Source: Eledone cirrhosa
Lineage: Eukaryota
Length of the DNA: 64,000 nt
Reading direction: 5' to 3'
NCBI GenBank assembly: GCA_964016885.1
Contig: OZ024746.1
Location: 49,848,001-49,912,000, forward strand
Position 1 is the first letter of the stretch, and the number at the start of each line of letters is the position of its first letter. Of the stretch, positions 25,281-42,991 are shown in pieces. The translations under genes and the position numbers were made by a program. The notes beneath the pieces were generated by a model, which saw nothing but the letters and a program-made list of their open reading frames with translations, ran no database searches and had not been told where the DNA came from.

Positions 25281-27005
25281 CAACGTCAGACTTGAACCCA
25301 TCACCACTTCTAGCAACACACCTCAAGGGCACAACTTACACCACAACTCCACACTCAATAATACACCCTATCTTAACACAATTAGTGACATCTATCTAAA
25401 ACCTTTTACCCTAGAAATATCCCCATGTACATCTAAACTTTTAGTATAATTGCATTCAATTACTTAGACTACATTATACCACTATATAATTATATGTAAA
25501 CTTTAAACACTGAATTATTTGTGCTAATATTGTTCTGTGTATGGAGTGCTATCATTGGATAAATAGAAGATTAATTTATTAACATAAAAGAGCTATATAA
25601 CCTATATGTTGAGTACAATGAATTATGTACAAGTGGTATATGAGTTATACATACATGTATGACTTGATAGACAGATTAATGACATTGTAAGTGAGAATTG
25701 CTCTTTGGTCTACCCTAGAGATATTTAACTTTGCCATGCAATCAGCCATGCGCTGACCCAGAGCTTAGCAGGGGTTATATATAGACGTGGTTCTAATAAG
25801 ACCCTGTCAGGTGCTGTTAGTGGACTACATTTCCAAAGATCATTGATATGGAGATCTGACTCTTCATGTGGAATATTCAGTTGTAGCACTCTATGATGGG
25901 GGGTAATCATCCTAATATGGATACCTTTAGTACTTTTTGATAGAGTAGACTGTAATTTAAAGATAAGATACTTAAATTTAGAAACTGTTTATAACCATAT
26001 ATATAAGGGACTCAATTGGGACACCTTTTAATGTACATTGGAATAATAAATTTAGTTATAGAAATCAGCTAGTTACCTCCCCTCACTCATTAACTCCCCT
26101 TAATCACACAGATACTTCCGGAAAATAAAACGATGTAAATTCTCGCAACAAAAACAACCTGCTCTATAAAATTGGATTAAAGTACACTGAACCGCAACAA
26201 GCTGTAATAATCTAACCTAATACATCAAACATCCAATACTGAATCATCGTTAATTATGTGAAGGACATATAATCTATATATTACGTTTCCTGGATTGTGA
26301 AAATGGTGGTGTATACAAAAACCATAACATTATTTTGCTTCTCATTTTTAATATTTCTCTGCACACAAGCTTCTTTATCATACATAAAAAAATACTTTAC
26401 CAATACAACCCCCATAATACTCTTGATTACCCGCTTAAAGTGCTTGTATTGCATATAACACCTTGCCGCACAATAATCTTATATAAATAAGACACACGTG
26501 CATGCCCCACGTGTAACTATTGCATACACTAACTACTTCAAACTATCCCCTTGCACTATCTTCGTAAACTGCGGATGTTGTATTTTAACTTTAATTCTGT
26601 TTTAATTTTGTTTTAATATAATTTTAATTTTTGAATTTAAATTGCCATGCAAAAATATTATAATGGATGTCACCCCACTGTGCATCGATATATACGTATG
26701 TTTCTGTATGTCTCTTGTGTTGGAAAGGAGGTCATGAATGTATACAAACATTAAATAATGCTCCGAAGACTCCAAACTTCGGTTTGGACGAAACAATTGT
26801 AAGCTAATAAATGGTTTGAACAGAACTTTGATTCATGTGATTTCTATATAACTGCTCTGTAGAACAACTGATGTTATTACATTGAGCTATGTATCTTACT
26901 GGTAATAAGGTAGTAATAAATTACTGTCTTTCACTGTTTAGGGTTTAAAATATATATAACTATAAAAAGTTTTAGTATATTCATAACCATAAATAGTATC
27001 CTTAA

Positions 27006-27039
<34 letters not shown>

Positions 27040-27045
<6 letters not shown>

Positions 27046-27230
27046 AACACCCATTCTTTTAGACATGTATTTTAAGGCCACTATATTCGAGTTTTAACTA
27101 TTTTAGATTGTTCTCATATTTTCCTATCAATTCCTTGCAGCTAGCTTAGAATAATAAAGTTCCTAAAGCCATAATTTAATTGAGGTTTCAAGACGTTCAC
27201 AGTTTCATCATCAGGAGTGTTGTTGGCTTA
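27040..27230 (-). mobile_element. Decayed PLE pLTR plus ORF N-terminus
   Basis: CTGATGATGAAACTGTGAACGTCTTGAAAC followed by MALGTLLF*..KELIGKYEN...TCLKE; homologous to 20585-20780. Confidence 0.5.
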
Positions 27231-27538
27231 TTTTTATTACTTCTTTTATTACAGGTAGATATATTTCATTAAATTTTATGTTGTTCCTTCTTTCTTCTGC
27301 AAAATTATAATGGCTTTCTTACCGGGATTTGAATCTTGAAGCTTAAACTTCAAACTCACATGTTTATATTGTGTGTTTATTATTTGTGCGGCAAATATCC
27401 TATTGTCTCTGCGTTTTCTTATGCTAGAGTAGGCCCGTCTATCTGTGCCATTCTCGCTACTCTCACCCACTTTTCAGAAAATTCTCTCCAACCTCACCTT
27501 CCCCTTTAAGAGGAAATTCCCCACCACCACCACCACCT

Positions 27539-27572
<34 letters not shown>

Positions 27573-27969
27573 TAATAATGATAATAATAATAATAATAAT
27601 AACAAAAATAATTTTAATAATGATAGTAATAATATTTTGTTCTATTATTGCCACTAAGGCTTTTAATAAAATGCTTTGTTTTGGGATTAAAAACGTATGA
27701 GAATTGACAAGGCAAAGTTTGTTTAATATCGAGGGGCAGGCCTGAGATATACAATAAATAATTGGATTATGTTAAAAAATAGAAATGATTCTCCACATCT
27801 GGCACAAGATCACCACAGTGAATTAAATTAGAATTTGATTAATTTTCATTTTTTTCAGATGATTTCTTTTGTGCATCAATTTATTTTACTCTTTCTTTGC
27901 TAAACCAAAGGCATTGAGTTATTCTTTCATTGAAATAAACCAAAATCAGATGACATAATTGTTTATTAT

Positions 27970-28335
27970 CTATTACTTTCGTTCATTCTTCCAGTCATTC
28001 ACCACCCAATCATCCATTCATATGTCCAGTTCATTCCTCCGTTCTTCTACCCGCTTTGTTCGTTCATTCTTACGTTCCCTAAAACACCTATCAGATCATC
28101 CTTTCATTCACACATTCGTTTAATATATGATTCAGACACCCATTCGTTGACATGATAATTCGGTCATTCATTCATTCTTTTATTTATTCACCCATTCATT
28201 TCTTACATCCCTATTTCCTTTTTCTGTCGCCCAATCATTTCTTCGTCTATTATTCATTCTTTCATCTGTTCGTCTATTCATTCATTCATTCGAATGATTG
28301 TTTATTTGGCCTTTCAGCACTATTCTATCATTCAC
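27970..28335. repeat. Degenerate (TTCA)n tract
   Basis: Recurrent CATT/TTCA units. Confidence 0.7.
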
Positions 28336-29029
28336 CAATACTTTGTGTATATTCAACGTTAGTGTAAGATGAATGGATATATAACATAACACAGCACCAA
28401 CCAAGACCATACGCTGTGATAGTTTGAAAATGAATTTACTTCAGTCGATGTGTGTAGGTTGAATTAGAGATTGTTTAGTGGCGGGAAATAGTAAACTTAA
28501 GAAGTCGTTCAAGGGTTAACCACAAATGCCAAACACCAACTGCATTTCTTATGTTTTGCTAGTAAAGGCAACTAATATTTCTCCCAACTCACCAGCTTAA
28601 TTCATAACACGAAACAAATGCAATTAGTGAACAAAATAAATACAAATGGTGAAAACATGCCATCTCCGGAGTGAGAAGTCGTCATCTAGGTACGATTATA
28701 GTATTACAGGATTCTGACTACTTTTCGCTCTGATCATATTCTGCAAACTGGGTTCTCCAAAATTGCATCCGAGCAGAGCGATGAAAAAAACCCCACATTT
28801 TCAGAGCCTCAATTGATAGAAACTCTGATGTGGTCTTTACCAGCTACTAATTATTTAGGCTCGTCTGGTACTGATCTCTCATTTCTTTTTCGTGATTAGA
28901 TACAGGCAGCTTCTTAAACATCCCTCCCTCTTTTGATCCAGCGAAGCATCCGAGAACATAACGTAGGCACGAAGGAGTTAAAACTTTCATGCGCTTGAAA
29001 TTATACTTACTAACACTAGGAAATCCCAA

Positions 29030-29410
29030 CCGAAAAGAGGTTGTATAAACTCACATCAGAAAAGGCATCAGATAAGAATAAAGTGATCATACCTTGAAAT
29101 ATGCCAACTTGCACAAACATGGAAATTAAGGAAAATCGGCCGGATATTGTTGTCAGGGACCACAAAAAAAGAAAGCGTTTCCTGATATATGTTTCGTAGA
29201 CGATAATGTATCACACAATGAAACGAAAAAACTATTGAAATATAAAGATCTAGAAAGAAAGTTAATGAGAATGTGGGGATTGAAGACAGAAACAATTATT
29301 CCTAAATAAGTGCCTCTGGAATAATTATAAATATGACAAATACGCAACAAAGATTTTCAGGACTTATACATACACATGCACAGAGGAAATACCACTTACA
29401 TAGAACATAG
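29030..29410 (+). mobile_element. Old R4/Dong-like REL-domain remnant
   Basis: EIKENRPDIVVRDHKK...KLLKYKDLE...RMWGLKTETII. Confidence 0.7.
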
Positions 29411-29414
29411 CCAA

Positions 29415-29840
29415 TGCAAAAATAGACAAGAAATTAGAACACAATAAGCCTGAGCTGGCGGTTTTTGACAATGGAAAAAGATCGTGCCTTTGACACAGGA
29501 GTACATGGAAAGGAGAGGGAGAAAATTAACCAATACCAGGATTTAAAGTAGGAATTAAAAAGTATTTGGGACTGACATGAGATCAAGGTCGTCCCGATTG
29601 TCACAAGAGCACAAGGTACTATCTCGAAGAATTTTCAAGGATGTTTAGTCCAGCCCCCTTTATTAGTCCAGCCCTTCATTAGTCCAGCCCCCTTTTTTGG
29701 AACACTTCAAAAGGCATGCTTGCTGGGAACAGCAAGAAACCTCCGATATGTCTTGAATATCTGAGGCTGCAGGTAGCGGCTTCATGTTCATTTGAACAAA
29801 CTTTCCAGTTAAATAACAACAATGATTGAGACTCCAAGAA
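29415..29840 (+). mobile_element. Decayed 3' fragment of R4/Dong-like family A
   Basis: Homologous to about 60065-60490; contains a local triplication of TTAGTCCAGCCC; ends in an (AAT)-type tail. Confidence 0.85.
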
Positions 29841-31790
29841 AATAACAATAACAATTATTATAATTATTGTTATAGGAAAGAGAAAAAGAAACAAGAATAT
29901 TAAAAACAAAACAAACAAAAAAGTTAAAATAAAAACAAAATCAAACAAACCCAACATGTGATGTGTACAGTGCAAACACTGAACTGTATTCGTGTTTGAA
30001 TTTTTATTACTCCTCACGCAGTCATTGTCACAGGATCTCTACTCGAGTTATCCTGTTTGATAGATCAAACAAGACACTGTCTACGTATCGTTGAACAGAT
30101 ACTACAGAAAATAAGAGACTAATACTATAAGAATACTCACTTAGATAAATTATCTTCTACTAAGTTCGGCAGAAAATTTCCACTTTGTAGAAATTATATA
30201 ACAAATATTTCTTTTCATTTCTATACACTTCACTTGACATTAAGAAATATTAGATTTGTGTGGTGATGAAAATATATCGAAAACATATTGTCGTCTCCTT
30301 CTACGATGAATTGTTTCTTGAAGACATTTACTTCCTCTATGAAGTGGTTGAAAAGCAGAACTATAGCAAAGTAGCTGTTAATTTCTATTAGTTTATTGAC
30401 GATTTATTCAAACTGAGAGTTAATGAATATTTCATTGCTAACTGAAAAATAACCAAGGCACTGGTGGAAGACAGTCGTTAGAGGCACAGCTAAGACTTTA
30501 TGCATGACTAGATTTGGAATTAACAGATTTCTGATAAAACCATCATCATAGTAGTGAATTATGGGGATTATGGGGAAGCCTCTATGGATTGGTTTAATCT
30601 GTTAGAACTAGCACCCAAATCTCCCTCCAATCTTAAAGATAAACAAAGATATCGTTGTCCTAGACATTCTAATTAAATAAGACGTGACGGTTATCACTTG
30701 AATGTCAGAACTGCTTAATATCGGAGGTGATTTGATATTTAACAACAATAACAAGATTTATTCAACGAGGAACTGATAGAAGTAGCAGTCCAATTTATTA
30801 CAAATCACAGGCTACTATTTAATGGAAGCACACATTAGATAATGTTACCATAAACAGTCATAAACAGATGGAATACTCACGATTGGCGTGCCTTTGATCA
30901 TAGGTCTGCTTGATTAAGAACATTTATTCACCGCAGGAGTCTTGATGTAGTCGCTCAGCTTAATAGAAATAGCAGCTAAATCTCCCTCAAACTACAACTT
31001 AACTACTTGAGAAAAGAGAAACATATTAGATAATGTAAAGCTAGATTTGCAATGGCCTTGAGAAGGATAGAATGGTAACAACTGGAACGTCTTTGATCTT
31101 AGGTTTCCCGAGTGTATTAAGCTTTAGCTGCCTAAGAGTTCATAGATACCATTCTCATGAAATACAACAGAGTTCAGTATCTGGTTATTTGGTGCCTTCA
31201 ACAGCTTCTACTTTGTTTCAAACATTTAGGTCAAGTGTCTGATATGAGTATAATTTCCTCCCTTCTCCACCTGTTTCCGAGTTCGTGAAAAAGATCATGT
31301 GTTGTTCATTTCTTCTTTTAATTTATTCATAAATTATACATTTAGCTGTAAATAGGTTGTTGTTGATCAAATCTATGACGAAAAGTGACCGAGCCATCAC
31401 CGTCTAGCCATTTTTCTGACGTCAAATCTATTGGACGTTAAACAATGTGTCATTTCTCCTTTTTTAAAACAGTGGTGTATGATTTGTGGGGAGTTTGGTT
31501 GCTGTTCCTAGCAGATAGAGCGAATGCATAGAAACTCAATGTTTCTATTGTTCACCGACGTAAGTCATTAAAGTCCTTGCAGAAAGGGCAACCGCTTCGT
31601 TTATTTGTAGTGCTAAATATTGTACAACTGCTCTCAAGAGTATAGCCAATTAGGTTACATTGGGGTAATGAATGAACCAATATTTAAATTATTATATCAT
31701 GTTTTATGCAGAGAACTTTAAAAAGCTGTTATGCATCTCGTACAATTTTATTTTTATTTCACACACACACACATTTATATATACACACAC

Positions 31791-31823
<33 letters not shown>

Positions 31824-31827
31824 ATTA

Positions 31828-34015
31828 ATACAATAACAGAGATAGTTTAAAGCTAAACTCTGACTGGTAACCATCTCACTCAACAAACATTAGGTTATAT
31901 TAAAATATAAACCCAATTTAAGTGTTTGGGGTGCTAACAATATGTATAATGTGAAAAAACCAGTTGTATTATTTTATGAGATATAATTAAATTTAAAGTA
32001 TATCTCTCTTTCCAAACAATTGTTTCATTATAAGTTTTCTACAAGTTTGGGAGAATGTTTCCAGTTTATGTAGAAGCCTAATATATATTCATGTAAGAAT
32101 ATATTTAGGTGGGCACTTATAAATCATCAGTGGAAGCCAGCTCGTTAAACATTGATATAAGAAAACAATTTCTTACCGCTGTCAAAAATCATGTCCGTAA
32201 AGTTGCTCTCTCTCACCTCGAATGACCGCCAAATTTGAAATTCCAGCAGTTTTTGACTGAGGAAGTATCATAGCGACACGAAGCGGGAAGGGGAGACAAC
32301 CCACGATCCACGAAATGAGGAAAAAAAATAATATACACGCGGGTTAATTAGTTTTTTTGAAAACATTATCAATCCAACGTGTTTAAGAACTCAATTGAAA
32401 ATAAAAAAAATAAATATATGCTTGTATAAATTACACACGCATATAGATATTTTCTTAGGCTAAATCAGAAGTTGTACCCAAATAAGAACCGCTTCTCATA
32501 ACCGCAGTAAATGCAGAAAGTTATGCTATAAAGGGCAAATGGGAATATAATTCTCCGGCCGAATTATTAAGAGTAAAATATAAAACACACGCGGGTTAAT
32601 TAGTTATTTCAAAACCAATATTAATTCCTCGTGTAAAGAACTCAATTAATAAAAGAAAATAAATACATATATGCATGTAATTATATACGTAGGCATATAT
32701 ATATATTTTCCTAGGCTAAAAAACAGAGAAGTTACAACCAAAAAAAGCCACAATATTTCACAACAGTAATAAATACGGAAAGTCAAATTCATAAGGTACC
32801 TGGAAATAAACACCTCTGGCCAATCAAGAGTAAATATTTAATACAATAACAGAGATAGTTTAAAGCTAAACTCTGACTGGTAACAATCTCACTCAACAAA
32901 CATTAGGTTATATTAAAATATAAACCCAATTTAAGTGTTTGGGGTGCTAACAATATGTATAATGTGAAAAAACCAGTTGTATTATTTTATGAGATATAAT
33001 TAAAGTTAAAGTATATCTCTCTTTCCAAACAATTGTTTCATTATAAGTTTTCTACAAGTTTGGGAGAATGTTTCCAGTTTATGTAGAAGCCTAATATATA
33101 TTCATGTAAGAATATATTTAGGTGGGCACCTATAAATCATCAGTGGAAGCCCGTTAAACATTGATATAAGAAAACAATTTCTTACCGCTGTCAAAAATCA
33201 TGTCCGTAAAGTTGCTCTCTCTCACCTCGAATGACCGCCAAATTTGAAATTCCAGCAGTTTTTGACTGAGGAAGTATCATAGCGACACGAAGCGGGAAGG
33301 GGAGACAACCCACGATCCACGAAATGAGGAAAAAAAATAATGTACACGCGGGTTAATTAGTTTTTTTGCTAACATTATCAATCCAACGTGTTTAAGAACT
33401 CAATTGAAAATAAAAAAATAAATATATGCTTGTATAAATTACACACGCATATAGATATTTTCTTAGGCTAAATCAGAAGTTGTACTCGAATAAGAACCGC
33501 TTCTCATAACCGCAGTAAATGCAGAAAGTTATGCTATAAAGGGCAAATGGGAATATAATTCTCCGGCCGAATTATTAAGAGTAAAATATAAAACACACGC
33601 GGGTTAATTAGTTATTTCAAAACCAATATTAATTCCTCGTGTAAAGAACTCAATTAATAAAAGAAAATAAATACATATATGCACAAAGAAAATAAATACA
33701 TATATACGTAGGCACATATATATATTTTCCTAGTTACAACCAAAAAAAGCCACAATATTTCACAACAGTAATAAATACGGAAAGTCAAATTCATAAGGTA
33801 CCTGGAAATAAACACCTCTGGCCAATCAAGAGTAAATATTTAATACAATAACATAGATAGTTTAAAGCTAAACTCTGACTGGTAACCATCTCACTCAACA
33901 AACATTAGGTTATATTAAAATATAAACCCAATTTAAGTGTTTGGGGTGCTAACAATATGTATAATGTGGAAAAACCAGTGGTATTATTTTATGAGATATA
34001 ATTAAAGTTAAAGTA
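31828..34015 (-). repeat. About 1.0-kb tandem array (about 2.2 units), non-coding, one hammerhead per unit
   Basis: TAATACAATAACAGAGATAGTTTAAAGCTAAACTCTGAC at about 31828, 32840 and 33841; (TA)n on both flanks; no ORF called within the array. Confidence 0.93.
32010..32135 (-). ncRNA. Type I hammerhead with canonical core and about 95-nt domain II (second copy 33023-33148)
   Basis: Stem I UUCCA/UGGAA; CUGAUGA; stem II UUAUAAGU/ACUUAUAA; GAA-ACAAUUGU-U with palindromic stem III and GUU triplet; copy 2 has an A>G change that keeps a G-U pair in stem II. Confidence 0.8.
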
Positions 34016-34032
34016 TATATATATATATATAT

Positions 34033-34845
34033 TTAAAAGAATAGAGGTGTAACACACAAGTTGTGATATATTGGTAAACGGAAAAGAAAATGCTGACAAA
34101 TTGTTCACAGTGAAAAATAGTTTAATTAGGAATAAGTGAGAATTAGTAATAGTATTTGTTAGTATTCAGTTTTGGTTTTAAGTTTTACCGGTTGCGCATT
34201 TCTAATGCTTTTCAAAAATAATTTTGAGATAGAGCGTCCGTGATGTTTGCTCTGATCTGATTAGTTTTGGGAATTCTACCTGTTTTTATGTTAAAAAAGT
34301 GGCTCCAGCCGTATTAAAATAAGTTTTGCGCCAATTCGTGTTGCAAAAATTATTGTGGTCAAAACAATTTTGATTGGTCGGTAGAGGTCATGTGAATGTT
34401 AAAAATTGATTTTGCGCCAAATGTAGGTTTGTGTCGGCTGATTGAGAAGTCACTGAGAAATAAGTCTTTCAAAACAAATATGTGTGTGTGTGTGTAGTAG
34501 TAGTAGTAAAAAGGTTCGTAGTTGTGATAATGGTCAGCAGGGATGTGTGTGCGAACCGCAGCCTGTTGATAGTTCAAATGCCTATTAAGACAAGTGTGTG
34601 TGTGTGAGTGTAGCAGAGTAATTCGTGGTAGAGGGATGGTCAGTAGGAATGTGTCTGTAAGTGTGTGGGGGATATTTTAACATGTTAAAAGATATTTTTC
34701 AGCTCTTGTCTTATACGGAGAAGTGTGTGGGTGTGTGTGTGTGTATATGTCTCTTTGTAGTAAAGAGGTTCGTTGTTGTGATAATCGTCAGCAGTGATGT
34801 GTGCGCGAACCGCAGCCTGTTGACAGTTCAAATGCCTATTAAGAA

Positions 34846-34893
<48 letters not shown>

Positions 34894-35015
34894 CAGAGTA
34901 ATTCGTGGTAGAAGGATGGTCAGTAGGAATGTGTCTGTAAGTGTGTGGGGGATATTTTAACATGTTAAAAGATATTTTTCAGCTCTTGTCTTATACGGAG
35001 AAGTGTGTGTGTGTG

Positions 35016-35048
<33 letters not shown>

Positions 35049-36134
35049 ATGTCTCTTTGTATGCTAATGTACGCGTGTGTATGTGTGTGTGTATATACAA
35101 GTGCGTGTGTGCGCATACACGTGTGTGTGTGAGAGAATGTGTGTGTGTGGGTGGGTGGACCAGTAATTATTTTTGTGGTACTGGTGAAATGGTGTAGATT
35201 ATTCGATATTTTCAGTAAAATCGATTCTCTCAATAGAACATCAAAAACCTTAATAATAAAAGGTGTGAAATGATATATAGTATTGGCATAATACCAAGGT
35301 GTGTGTGAGTGTGTCCAGATTGTACGAACTGCAAGGGGAATCCATTAGGCTTTGCCGTATTGGAATACCTGTGCACAAATATGTATCTGGAGTGTGTCCA
35401 GAAATTGTATACCTGTGCACAAATTGTATACTTGTGTACAAATTGTACACATGTATCTGGAGTGTGTCCAGATTGTACGTACTGCAAGGGGAATCCATTA
35501 GGCCTTGCACACACATACATAAACGCACACATGTATTGCACACTGATGGGCACATACATATTTGTACACAAGTATTCCAATACGGCAAGGCCTAATGGAT
35601 TCCCCTTGCAGTACGTACAATCTGGACACACTCCAGATACATATTTGTACACAGGTATACAATTTCTGGACACACTTCAGATACATGTGTACAATTTGTA
35701 CACAAGTATACAATTTGTGCACAGGTATACAATTTCTGGACACACTCCAGATACATATTTGTGCACAGGTATACAATTTCTGGACACACTCCAGATACAT
35801 ATTTGTGCACAGGTATTCCAATACGGCAAGGCCTAATGGATTCCCCTTGCAGTACGTACAATCTGGACACACTCACACACACCTTGGTATTATGCCAATA
35901 CTATATATCATTTCACACCTTTTATTATTAAGGTTTTTGATGTTCTATTGAGAGAATCGATTTTACTGAAAATATCGAATAATCTACACCATTTCACCAG
36001 TACCACAAAAATAATTACTGGTCCACCCACCCACACACACACATTCTCTCACACACACACACGCACGTGTATGCGCACACACGCACATATATATACACAC
36101 ACACATACACACGCGTACATTAACATACAAAAAG

Positions 36135-36223
<89 letters not shown>

Positions 36224-36333
36224 CTTCTCCGTATAAGACAAGAGCTGAAAAATATCTTTTAACATGTTAAAATATCCCCCACACTCTTACAGACACATTC
36301 CTACTGACCATCCTTCTACCACAAATTACTCTG

Positions 36334-36368
<35 letters not shown>

Positions 36369-36896
36369 TGTCTTAATAGGCATTTGAACTGTCAACAGGC
36401 TGTGGTACGCACACACATCCCTGCTGACCATTATCACAACTACGAACCTCTTTACTACTACTACACACACACACACACATATTTGTTTTGAAAGACTTAT
36501 TTCTCAGTGACTTCTGAATCAGCCGACACAAATCTACATTTGGCGCAAAATCAATTTTTAACATTCACATGACCTCTACCGACCAATCAAAATTGTTTTG
36601 ACCACAATAATTTTTGCAACACGAATTGGCGCAAAACTTATTTTAATACGGCTGGAGCCACTTTTTTAACATAAAAACAGGTAGAATTCCCAAAACTAAT
36701 CAGATCAGAGCAAACATCACGGACGCTCTATCTCAAAATTATTTTTGAAAAGCATTAGAAATGCGCAACCGGTAAAACTTAAGACCAAAACTGAATACTA
36801 TTACAAAATCAATACTATTACTAATTCTCACTTATTCCTAATTAAACTATTTTTCACTGTGAATAATTTGTCAGCATTTTCTTTTCCGTTTACCAG

Positions 36897-36900
<4 letters not shown>
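34033..36900. repeat. About 2.9-kb non-coding foldback element related to the 3' region of the neighbouring Neptune-like PLE
   Basis: About 34066-35490 is the reverse complement of about 35650-36898; arms are homologous to 36991-38040 and 40500-41510; centre built of short modules in both orientations; (TA)n on both flanks. Confidence 0.9.
36742..36777 (+). ncRNA. Atypical hammerhead-like motif (UUGAAAA / GCAA); also at 34183-34218 (-), 37153-37189 (-) and 41312-41348 (+)
   Basis: UUU-UUGAAAA-GCAU(uagaa)AUGC-GCA-ACCGGU-A-AAA; palindromic ACCGGU; located near the 3' end like other pLTR HHRs; weak 3-bp AU stem I. Confidence 0.5.
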
Positions 36901-41564
<4,664 letters not shown>

Positions 41565-42270
41565 TACGATCATTTTTTGTTTCAAGATTATCATTAATAT
41601 CTTTCGCTTTGTTGTTTAGCAGATAATTTTGAAGCTTATATTCGAAGCTTATCACAACAATTTTGACAGTTAATTATGAAACAAACTAGAATAATTACAT
41701 TTGCGATAAGACATCTATGACACTGTTTAACATAGTAGAATATTATTTCTTAATTTATGACACGATCTCATCAACTTCACGAAGTAATTTACAACGATCA
41801 TGTTGTTGTTGTTGTTACTTAGCCCCAGGTATTCATGATCGAGCAGGCATATAATGAAAAGTATTCCATTAATTACTGTCATGTCTTTTGAGGGGACTAC
41901 GTTATCTAACGTGTCCTGTTTGTATATAATATGGTAAGAAGTGATTTGAGGGATAATTTGTTGCTATATCTAGTAGGTAAAGTGACTACGGAGATGTTTC
42001 CTTGTTGGCTTATTCATAATCGTGTGTTAATCGTGGTAGACAGATTACTGTAAAGCATGTTCAATGCAGGAAGTGCTATAAAGTATGATTTTTGGCTGTG
42101 AAAGTCAGTGTAGATATTAAAATAGAACACGCAAAATTCGGATGTCAGAAGGAATTCAAACGTGTGTTGCTGTTGTCATTGTTACTGTGTCCTCGGTCAA
42201 CTACTTATAGGCAAAGTCGTTATAACCGTGACCACCCGTTTGTTTTTAAGCATAGTATATTCTAGACTAA

Positions 42271-42410
42271 GGCGGCGAATTGGCAGAATCACTAGAACGT
42301 CGAATAGAATTTTTAGTATTCGTTCCGGTTCTTTGCGCTCTGATTTCAAATCCTACCGAAGTCCTTTAAAGGTTGATAAATAAAGTATCATTCCAGCCTG
42401 AGGATCGTAT
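42271..42410 (+). mobile_element. Diverged SINE, subfamily of 16961
   Basis: GGCGGCGAATTGGCAGAATC...TTCAAATCCTACCGA...GGTTGATAAATAAAGTATCA. Confidence 0.7.
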
Positions 42411-42729
42411 CTTCCTCTATCGATTCATATCACTTTCTTTCGTTCTGTTTCTTCTCCGGAAGAAATCAGCTGTGTTTAGACCCGGAAAGATTGGGCTGCG
42501 CCAGATTTAAAATGTCCATGAGACGTCGCATATCAAGACGATACCCCTACGACCCCATCAAGAATATTAACGGCCCATAGATGGTTATCTTAAACTATAC
42601 TATCTAATATGTCTCTTTACTTTTAAGAGGGTGTTGTGTAATTTGAAGGACATTTGGCGGTTACTTCTAGTAGGCTCAATGACAAAATATCGGCTTTTTA
42701 AGCGTGTTAAAGAGTTATAAGGACGGCTT

Positions 42730-42991
42730 AGTTAAACCGCCTGAGAACAGGAAGGGGGCGATCTAAAGCTGCTATGGCCAGATGGGGCTACAAGACCCGC
42801 CCAACCATCTGCAAATGCGGAGAGGAGGACCATACGATGCAGCACTGCCTTGTTTGCTCTCTACTACCCAACCAGTGCAGCTTAAAAGATCTCCCAGAAT
42901 TTAATAATAATGCAAAGGACTGTGTAAGGAAATGGGAAATTGTCATATAACCACATGCTTCGAAGATACGAAAAGAAGAAGAAGTTAAACC
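42730..42991 (+). mobile_element. 5'-truncated Ingi/Vingi-like LINE 3' end with TSD
   Basis: Frame 42732-42950 reads LNRLRTGRGRSKAAMARWG...CKCGEEDHTMQHCLVC...W..*; (GAA)n tail; flanking direct repeat AGTTAAACC at 42730-42738 and 42983-42991. Confidence 0.8.

Larger units (their letters stand above)
22286..27011 (+). mobile_element. Near full-length decayed Naiad-like PLE: pLTR - ORF - about 1.2-kb 3' region - pLTR
   Basis: 493-bp direct repeats at 22286-22778 and 26519-27011; ends in (TA)n; ORF between them. Confidence 0.92.

Noticed and set aside
28600-29029. Higher-complexity stretch as a host exon
   Set aside because: Stops interrupt the frames examined and no recognisable motif or supported splice structure was found
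35300-35885. CRISPR-like array or Cys-rich metallothionein/zinc-finger gene
   Set aside because: Eukaryotic context, no unique equal-length spacers, no cas genes; the ORFs are mirror images created by the palindrome
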